This document shows positions 1 to 8,395 of a stretch of 14,067 bases of DNA, piece after piece. The notes below the pieces were generated by a model. The model did not search any database, was not told the origin of the DNA, and worked only from the letters and a program-made list of their open reading frames with translations. Origin of the DNA: Octopus sinensis (lineage: Eukaryota); assembly GCF_006345805.1 (NCBI RefSeq), contig NW_021825899.1:1-14067 (forward strand). The letters run 5' to 3'. Position 1 is the first letter of the stretch, and the number at the start of each line of letters is the position of its first letter. Position numbers and translations under genes: made by a program.

Positions 1-372
1 AATTAGCAGGGTTTTTGCTGAATGAGGTCCCAAGTCTATGGAGGTCTTCACCGGTTCAAATTAGATGCGAAATTCACACAGATATTGCGCAAAACCGAAT
101 GAAATAAACGCGTTATCTCATACCACTATTAACATTATGCCCAATCTCTGCACTGCGAAGCAGCTTTATTTTATTCAACTTTAAAGAATGAAAACAAAGG
201 TGACAAAGATAGTAATTGAACTCAGGTGGCAAAGAGTTGGAACAATTGTCGCATCGCATTCTATCCGATACTGTAACGACTCCACCATTTGGACGCCATT
301 CCTCGTTCATATTCGTGTTCCTATGCAAATATATATACACACACGCGGAGACACAGAGAGACCCAGAACCCA

Positions 373-377
373 ACACA

Positions 378-460
<83 letters not shown>
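373..460. repeat. (CA)n followed by (TA)n microsatellite
   Basis: Direct reading; explains the HTHT/VCVC ORFs. Confidence 0.97.
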
Positions 461-960
461 CAAAGTATTGGGGTTTTGTTCACAGGTGATCTAAATGACT
501 GGGTACCCTAGGTAAGTGCTGTAACGGTTTACTAGGGCCCCAAAGTTAAAGCCGAGAATGTAGTTATGGAACCGTTGTAGATTTCTGATATAGCGGACAT
601 ATAATTATTAGAGAGGACAACAAACGTTACGGCAAGACAAACATCTCAAGTCATATACGTTATTATTATTGGAAAAATTCAAAGTCTTACAGCTGTTTCT
701 GAGATATCCCAGAATATGGGATAATCTGACACCGTAGACAAATACGGAAAAGAAGGGTTTAAATTAATGAAATGCCGATTCAGAGGACAGGAGAAAACGA
801 ATAAGGAGAAGAAGAAAGAAAAGAAAAAAGATGCATAAAAGTTCGACTTTCTGATCGTGTAAAAGTAAGTCTGTAAGTCCTTAGGTACAGTCCTGTGTAT
901 ATCCATGTAGAATACCAGGGCCACCTACTATTCTCTTTGAAAGCCTTCCATAACATTAAA

Positions 961-1128
961 AATATTTCGTCTGTCTTTATGTTCTGAGTTCAAAATCCTC
1001 AGCGGTCGACTTTGTATTTCATCCTTTCACGCTCGATAAATTAATTACCAGTGGCGTACTAGAGTCTATCTAATCGACTGGGCCCCTTCTCCGAAATTTT
1101 GGGCCTTGTGCCTAGAGTAGAAAAGAAT
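961..1128 (+). mobile_element. SINE copy A, 5'-truncated and diverged, with an alternative tail (…GGCCTTGTGCCTAGAGTAGAAAAGAAT)
   Basis: Aligns by eye with copies B-E from TATTTCGTCTG through B-box-like GAGTTCAAAATCC and GTCGACTTTG…TTTCATCCTTTC…CGATAAATTAA to AATCGACT, then continues into a different tail. Confidence 0.75.
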
Positions 1129-1134
1129 ACCGCT

Positions 1135-1359
1135 CGAGCTGGCAGAAACGTTAGCACGCCGGGCGAAATGCGTAGCCGTATTTCGTCTGCCATCACGTAC
1201 TGAGTTCAAATTCCACCGAGGTCGACTTTGCCTTTCATCCTTTCGGGATCGATTAAATAAGTACCAGTTACGCACTGGGGTCGATATAATTGACTTTATC
1301 CGTTTGGCTGTCATTGTTTGTCCTCTCTGTGTTTAGCCCTTTGTGGGTAGTAAAGAAAT
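1135..1359 (+). mobile_element. SINE copy B, near full-length tRNA-like SINE
   Basis: Head GAGCTGGCAGAAACGTTAGCAC (A-box-like, ~1140-1151), B-box-like GAGTTCAAATTCC (1202-1214), central GGTCGACTTTGCCTTTCATCCTTTCGGG…AAATAAGTACCAG, tail ending TAAAGAAAT. Colinear with the reverse complement of 2041-2271. Resembles abundant octopus SINEs as I recall them; family name not assigned. Confidence 0.85.
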
Positions 1360-1541
1360 AGGTATTTCGTCTGCCGTTACGTTCTCAGTCAAATTCCGCC
1401 GAGGTTGACTTGCCTTTCAACCTTTCGGGATCGATTAAATAAGTATCAGTTACGCACTGGGGTCGATATAATTGACTTAATCCGTTCGTCTGTCCTTGTT
1501 TGTCCTCTCTGTGTTTAGCCCCTTGTGGGTATTAAAGAAAT
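1360..1541 (+). mobile_element. SINE copy C, headless tandem unit (182 nt)
   Basis: Direct repeat of the copy B body and tail, starting at AGGTATTTCGTCTGCC and ending ATTAAAGAAAT. Confidence 0.85.
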
Positions 1542-1630
1542 AGGTATTTCGTCTGCCGTTACGTTCTCAGTTCAAATTCCGCCGAGGTCGACTTGCCTTT
1601 CATCCTTTCGGGCTCGATTAAATAAGTGCC
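1542..1630 (+). mobile_element. SINE copy D, headless and 3'-truncated tandem unit
   Basis: Same start as copy C; stops after GATTAAATAAGTGCC. Confidence 0.8.
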
Positions 1631-2040
1631 ATTTCGGGCCTTGTGCCTAGAGTAGGGAAAGAAAAGAATACCACTCGATCAAAATCTTCAGCTGTTTTAC
1701 CATCAACGCCGCCACATTACCATTAACAACACAATGTGGATCTTCAGTGTCAATTTAGTGACCAGTGTCTTCAACAGCTTGATTATGACCGCAGCCACTG
1801 CGTGCATTAACGCCACTACGTCTACAGCCAATTCCACCATCCATCCATCAGTAACACCACCATCATCACCAAGACAACCGCCGCCACCGCCAACAACGCG
1901 AGCACAACACCACTAATACATAATTACAACCACCACCACAACTACAAGCACCCCCACCACTAACAACAACAACTACATAACTACAAGCAACACCACCACC
2001 AACAGAATGCCCACCACAGCCAACACTAGTACCATTACCT

Positions 2041-2271
2041 ATTTCTTTACTACCCACAAGGGGCTAAACACAGAGGGGACACACAAGGACAGACATAGGT
2101 ATTAAGTCGATTACATTGACCCCAGTGCGTAACTGGTACTTAATTTATCGACCCCGAAAGGATGAAAGGCAAAGTCGACCTCGGCGGAATTTGAACTCAC
2201 AACGTAACGCAGACGAAATACCGCTTAACATTTCGCCCAGCGTGCTAACGTTTCTGCCAGCTCGCCGCCTT
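2041..2271 (-). mobile_element. SINE copy E, full-length, inverted relative to A-D
   Basis: Reverse complement runs AAGGCGGCGAGCTGGCAGAAACGTTAGCACGC…GAGTTCAAATTCCGCCGAGGTCGACTTTGCC…CCCCTTGTGGGTAGTAAAGAAAT. TACCATTACC occurs on both sides (2030-2039 and 2281-2290), a possible imperfect TSD. Confidence 0.88.
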
Positions 2272-2320
2272 ATATACCACTACCATTACCAACACAAGTA
2301 CCACCATCCCTAACAAGACG

Positions 2321-2549
2321 ACTACCACAAGCAACAGCATGGCCAACAGTACTACCAACAAGTACCACCATCCTCATTGCCACCATCCCTAACACGACCA
2401 CCACCACAAGCAACGGCATGGTCAACAGTACTACCACCACCACCACCACCACCATCCTGACAAGCAAAACAGTCATCACTTCAGCCACCACTGTCACCAC
2501 GGCTAACACCCCTACTACCACAAGCAACAGCATGGCCAACAGTACTACC
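2321..2549 (+). repeat. Three copies of a 36-nt motif within an ACN-rich tract
   Basis: ACTACCACAAGCAACAGCATGGCCAACAGTACTACC at 2321-2356 and 2514-2549 (identical) and at 2400-2435 (3 mismatches). Confidence 0.85.
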
Positions 2550-2782
2550 TCCACCACTACCACCACTATCCTGACAACCATAACAGCCATCACCACTACC
2601 ACCACTGCTACCACCTCTACTCTTACCGCAACCATTGGTAGGGTTCACCAAGACCAACGTCCACCCGTACGAAGTCCATCCGCAATATCAATAAAAACCA
2701 AAAGCGTGACTTGTTTTGGACATCAGAGTAGAAAAAGGATCGCCACCGTGAAAACGCATTACAATCACCGCCAGTAATACTA

Positions 2783-3169
2783 ATGCCACCATCATCACCA
2801 CCATCAACGCCACCCTCACCCCATCGTCATCGTTATAATCATCGTTTTAATCATCCTCTCCCCCCTCATCATCATCATCATCACCACAATTATCATCGTC
2901 GTCGTCGTCGTCGTCATAACATGACCACCACTCCGTCATCATCGTCGACGTCCTCATCAACATCGTCATCACCATCGGCATCATCATCATCACCACCACC
3001 ACCACCACCACCACCACCACCATCATCGTCGTCGTCGTCGTCGTCGTCATCATCACCACGAACACGACTCCACCATAATCATCATAATTGTCCTCATCAT
3101 TGCCATCATCATCACCATCAGAGCCATCATCACCTCCAACACCACCACTACCACCACCGCTACCACCAC

Positions 3170-3202
<33 letters not shown>

Positions 3203-3514
3203 AAGTATGAATGATTTAATCATCTTAATCTGCCTCGGCGTCATCCAAGATATAACCATCGAAAGCAGCTACCATCAACATCATCATCATCTTCTTCACC
3301 ATCATTATCACAATCACCTGCCCTTCATCATCATCATCGTCGTCGTCATAGTTATCAAAGTTATTATCATCACCATTAAATGCTAGCAACCAACTGACCG
3401 CTATACTCTCATCATCACCATCATCATCACCACCATCATCATCATCACCATCATCAATATCACCATCATCATCATCACCGTCATCATCATTATCATTACA
3501 ATCCTCAATTTCGC

Positions 3515-3546
<32 letters not shown>

Positions 3547-3830
3547 CTGTCATCATCGTTATTAAAGTTATTATCACCACCATCAAATGCAAGCAACAAA
3601 GTGACCGCCATCCACCTCCACCTCTACCTCCTCACCCTCCTCATCATTATCTTCATCATCATCACCACCATCATTCTCACCATCATCATCTTCATCATCA
3701 TGTTCATCATTATCACCACCACCACCACCACCACCACCACATCGTCATCATCGCCATCGTCGTCGCTATCGTCGTCAGCGCCATCTTCGTCATCCTTATC
3801 AAAGTTATCATCATCAAAAGCGACAAAAGG
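2783..3830. repeat. Degenerate (CAT)n/(CAC)n/(CGT)n trinucleotide tract
   Basis: Direct reading; produces poly-H/S/I/D/M ORFs. Confidence 0.92.
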
Positions 3831-4009
3831 ACCACCGCCGCCATTAACACCAACCTCATAAACAACATCAATTAGAACTACAAAAGGAAGCAATTCACAC
3901 ATATTAATATCATGGTCACCCGACAAACCAGCACCCCCACGTATTCCCCACTCTACGCCACCATTACTACCGTAACAGCCGCAACCTCCTCCTCCCCATA
4001 CACACACAT

Positions 4010-4134
4010 GCACTCACAGACGCATACACACGCATACACACATACATATATATCCATATATATACATATATAAATATATATATAATATATATATATGCAT
4101 GTATATACACACAATATATATATATTGACAGTGC

Positions 4135-4186
<52 letters not shown>

Positions 4187-4266
4187 TGTATGTATGTATG
4201 TATGTGTATATATACATATACATATATATACACACATATATATATATATTGACAGTGCAATATATA

Positions 4267-4302
<36 letters not shown>

Positions 4303-4347
4303 TATATATATATGTGTATATATATGTACATATATATTGCACTGTCA
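4010..4347. repeat. Compound (CA)/(TA)/(TATG) microsatellite with embedded TGACAGTGCAA motifs
   Basis: Direct reading; motif at 4126 and 4250 on +, inverted copy at 4337-4347. Confidence 0.9.
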
Positions 4348-4466
4348 CAAACACCACATCGACAATATTCAGTCATAGACACCGCCCACACTTGGCTGAT
4401 CACACCGACCACACAACACTTTTGCACCGCCAGCAACTACCGCATCACCAAAATTGTAATAACCAC

Positions 4467-4545
4467 ACTACCACCACCACCACCACCACCACCACCACCA
4501 CCACCACCAATACCACCACCACCACCACCACCACCACCACTACCA
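4467..4545. repeat. (CAC)n microsatellite
   Basis: Direct reading. Confidence 0.93.
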
Positions 4546-5029
4546 CGGCCGACGCCGCCACCACCACGAACAAAAACGGTGACGATGCACAAAAGACGAC
4601 GGACAAAAGACTCGTGCGCGATGGTTTCGTTACGGAATTTTGCTTGACAACAATGTGGCTTCTTGATCGAATCTGCAACGCGGTGCTTTGCCTGAAATGC
4701 TGGGTTAACCAAAGCATTTCGGAGATAAATTGGCTGGACGGAATCTGGGTGTAAACCAAGCAGAAGAACCAGGTCCTCCATTTAGAGGACGTACTTAGTA
4801 CGACACTTTGTTTAAAGCTACCATCTGGCCCATGGTGCGGTTACATGGTGCGGGTTTATTTCTTTCAAAGCAAATCATTTCGGGTGTTTTTTTTTTGTTT
4901 TTGATGTTGTGTTTTTGTTTTGTTTTGTTTTTTGTTATTAATTCAGCGTTCCGTTCTTGGACGTTTAGAAGTTTTCTTTGGATTTGAAATGACTTACACG
5001 GACTCTTCAGCATTTGTGGTTGTGATTGA

Positions 5030-5219
5030 TTATGATGGCGACTACGACGACGACGATGATGATGATGATGGTGGTGGTAGTGGTCGTTGTGGCGGTGGTG
5101 GCGGTGGTGGTGATGTTGATGATAATGATGATGGTGGGGGGGTGTTAATGATGATGGCAATGATAATGATGATGATGATGGTGTTGGTGGTGGTGGTTAT
5201 GGTGGTAGTGATGATGGTG

Positions 5220-5250
<31 letters not shown>

Positions 5251-5352
5251 CGATGACGACGAAAACGATGGTTGTGGTGGTGTTGGTGAAAGTGTTGATT
5301 GAAGTGGAGTTTGTCCTTGGCATTACGATTGCGATGATGATGATGATGATGA
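5030..5352. repeat. Degenerate (GAT)n/(GGT)n tract
   Basis: Direct reading. Confidence 0.92.
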
Positions 5353-5407
5353 TAACGATAGCAGTGAAGATGTTGGAGTTAGCAATTTGAGTGAGAAACC
5401 AGTCGTA

Positions 5408-5419
5408 ATATATGTATAT

Positions 5420-5463
<44 letters not shown>

Positions 5464-5475
5464 ATATACACACAC
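5408..5475. repeat. (TA)n/(CA)n microsatellite
   Basis: Direct reading. Confidence 0.95.
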
Positions 5476-5662
5476 ATTGCCGCGTGGCAGGTGTTTATAA
5501 GCCATTTAAAAAACACACAAAAGCCGTTCGATTCACTTCAACATTTAAGGTTAATTTGTCAAAATATTTTCGTCGCTAAAATCCGCGACCTATTCACTGA
5601 CAAAAATCCAACGGCTTTTGTGTGTTTCTTAAATGGCTTATAAACACCTTCCACGCTGCAAT
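5476..5662. mobile_element. MITE-like non-autonomous DNA element with 53-bp inverted repeats (may extend to 5719)
   Basis: 5476-5528 matches the reverse complement of 5610-5662 at 50/53; 81-nt non-coding interior; TA tracts on both sides. Confidence 0.8.
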
Positions 5663-5720
5663 TGTTTTCGTTTCAGCACACGATCTCAGATCAATTACTT
5701 GCTATGCGAGTACATCTCCT

Positions 5721-5734
5721 TAATATATATATAT

Positions 5735-5766
<32 letters not shown>

Positions 5767-5768
5767 AT

Positions 5769-5800
<32 letters not shown>

Positions 5801-5880
5801 ATATATATATTATATAATATATATATATATATATATATAATATATATTGTATATATGTATGTATGTATGTGTGTGTGTGT
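5721..5880. repeat. (TA)n grading into (TATG)/(TG)n
   Basis: Direct reading. Confidence 0.95.
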
Positions 5881-6102
5881 ATGTTTGTGTGTCTGTGTTT
5901 CTCCCCCCAATATCGCTTGACAACCGATGCTGGTGTGTTTACGTCCCCCTAACTTAGCGGTTCGGCATAAGAGCCCGATAGAATAAGTACTAGGCTTACA
6001 AAGAATAAGTCCTGGGGCCGATTTGGTCGACTAAAAAGCGGTGCCCCAGCATGGCCACAATCAAATGACTGAAAGAAGCAAAAGAGTAAAAGAGTAAAAG
6101 AG
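5880..6102 (+). mobile_element. 3' part of a second SINE-like element (copy F) ending in (AAAAGAGT)n
   Basis: Shares CGAT..AATAAGTAC.A (5976-5992 vs 1250-1266, 14/17) and CTGGGG.CGAT…GACT (6012-6032 vs 1275-1295, 16/21) with copy B; ends in ~3 AAAAGAGT units (6080-6102). Resembles an abundant octopus repeat as I recall it. Confidence 0.65.
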
Positions 6103-6164
6103 CTGTAAGAAATATCGCACGGCAATTTCTTACACGCTCTACAGATTCTTTGAAACCACAACCA

Positions 6165-6242
<78 letters not shown>
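6165..6242. repeat. (TAC)26 microsatellite
   Basis: Direct reading. Confidence 0.97.
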
Positions 6243-6307
6243 GAAGTCGACGACGAGAACGACTAGAAATACTACTAATAATTCCAAATTGTGGCAGCAG
6301 CAGTTTC

Positions 6308-6360
6308 AGTAGTAGTAGTAGTAGTAGTAGTGTAGTAGTAGTAGTAGTAGTAGTAGTAGT
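6308..6360. repeat. (AGT)n microsatellite
   Basis: Direct reading; reverse complement of the preceding (TAC)n. Confidence 0.96.
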
Positions 6361-6499
6361 AATAGCAACACTGTCATCACAACCTGTACGACTACAATTT
6401 CAAGCGGTTGTTAGTATCATAGCTACGACCGTTAACCACCGAAAGCGCCAAGTCCACCATCACCCAATATAAACGCAGCGTTTTACCCCACCATTAGCA

Positions 6500-6603
6500 A
6501 TATCATCATAACCATCATCATTGTCATCATCATCATCATCATCGTCATCATCATCACCATCATCATCGTCATCATCATCATCATCATCATTATCCTCGTC
6601 GTC

Positions 6604-6645
<42 letters not shown>

Positions 6646-6656
6646 TATCCTCGTCG

Positions 6657-6700
<44 letters not shown>

Positions 6701-6797
6701 GTCATCATCATCATCATCATTATCCTCGTCGTCATCATCATCATCATCATCATCACCATCATCATCGTCATCATCATCATCATCATTATCCTCGTCG

Positions 6798-6838
<41 letters not shown>

Positions 6839-6869
6839 GTCATCATCATCATCATCATTATTCTCGTCG

Positions 6870-6910
<41 letters not shown>

Positions 6911-6941
6911 GTCATCATCATCATCATCATTATCCTCGTCG

Positions 6942-6974
<33 letters not shown>

Positions 6975-7036
6975 CCATCATCATCGTCATCATCATCATC
7001 ATCATTATTATCCTCGTCGTCACATCATCATCATCA

Positions 7037-7090
<54 letters not shown>

Positions 7091-7095
7091 CTTCA
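6500..7095. repeat. (CAT)n array with higher-order periodicity
   Basis: Marker TATCCTCGTCGTC (one variant) at 6591, 6646, 6721, 6787, 6859, 6931 and 7009. Confidence 0.92.
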
Positions 7096-7640
7096 TAACC
7101 ACCAGTGCATTCTGTTCTTCACCGCAATCATCCCATTAGCACCATCAACACTCCCACCACTCCCACCACCACCACCACGACCACCACGACCACCACCACC
7201 AATACAACGAACACCAAACGTTACCGCTTTAATGACTACTACCAATTGCACTTGTTTAATTTACACGGCCAATCGAGTTTGCAAAGGAAAGAAAGGGTTA
7301 AAAGTGGGGCCGGAAAACGAGGGGGACAAAACAACACACACACAGAGGAGCGTCCGGGCCACACACATACGCTAAGACTGAGTTACATACGCGAAGACAT
7401 CAAGACTGAAGCAGGTCAATTAACTTTAAGTGCAGCACTGATGTGTACAATCACGTGACATATTCAGCCGCCGCCATTGTACGTGTCCATGTATGAGTGA
7501 GCTTTGCATGGGTGCTATCCAGTTGCGCTTATTGTGCTGGGGGTTCTGGTTGTGGTTGTGCCAATGGTGGCGGAGGGTGGAGGTGGAGGTGGAGGTGGTG
7601 GTGACGGTGGGAAGGTGTATGAAAGATGTGGCGAAATGAA

Positions 7641-7670
7641 GTGAGGTGAGGTGAGGTGAGGTGAGGTGAG
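7641..7670. repeat. (GTGAG)6 pentanucleotide repeat
   Basis: Direct reading. Confidence 0.95.
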
Positions 7671-7789
7671 GTGTGGGGGCGGAATGTAAAAAAAAAAAGG
7701 CAGAGTAAGTTGATGAGGAAGTTGGTATGAGTTCGAATCTCTTGCACCCCCGTCACCCTGGAACACACTCGTTCTAATTCATTGGTTTC

Positions 7790-8012
7790 GTGTTGTGTGC
7801 ACTGATGTGTTCGTATGTGTTTATAAGTATATTTGAATATGTGCATATACACGCTCATATATGTGTTTGTGTGTTTACATACATACACAGATACACGCTT
7901 AAACACATATACCTACATATATATGTATATGTATGTATATACATATGTATTTGTATATGTAGAGAGATATAAGAATGCATATATGTACAGTGAGATTGGT
8001 CGATAGATAGAT
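7790..8012. repeat. Degenerate TA/TG/CA/GATA low-complexity tract abutting the LINE 3' end
   Basis: Direct reading. Confidence 0.8.
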
Positions 8013-8395
8013 ATGTTTCTTTATTAGCCACACAGGGCTGCACACAGATAGAACAAATTACAAGGTAGAGCTTTTCTTTTGAAGGTTTAAAAAATAATTA
8101 AAAAGAAAAAAAAGGAAAGGGGGGAGTTTCGATCAAAAGGGATCGTAAAAGGAGAGAAAGAGGACAAAAAAGGGGGGGTTAAAAAAGGGGGGAGAGGAAA
8201 AAAAAATTGATCAATAGGGATCATTATCACAGAAATGTCAATATGAAGTGTAAAGGGAGGACAGGTGAGGTTTACCCGTGGAAAGAAAAGCCTACGGAAA
8301 AGACCACGGTAACCTCGGTCAATGAAGTCACATTTTATATTTCTTTTTTTTTTTTTTTTTTCAAATAAGCAAATTTCTGTTTTCAATTTCTGGGT

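Noticed and set aside
470-517. Possible 26-nt micro-exon (TTTTGTTCACAG | 486-511 | GTAAGT)
   Set aside because: All three frames contain a stop, the length is not a multiple of 3, and no partner exons are evident; splice-like motifs occur by chance.
1135-1215. Calling the SINE head a tRNA gene
   Set aside because: Only A/B-box-like remnants with long spacing and no cloverleaf; it is embedded in a multi-copy repeat.
4437-4781. ORFs extending into unique sequence at 4560-4790
   Set aside because: No recognisable motif; their length comes from the (CAC)n tract.
6591-7021. CRISPR-like periodicity of a fixed motif
   Set aside because: The 'spacers' are (CAT)n, not unique sequence; the context is eukaryotic and there are no cas genes.
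7445-7480. E-box TCACGTGA next to a YY1-like GCCGCCATT
   Set aside because: Short motifs expected by chance; no promoter or gene context.
113-7972. Many ORFs of poly-H/T/I/M/D/V/YI in the ORF track
   Set aside because: They are translations of di- and trinucleotide repeats, open on both strands with no domain signal.
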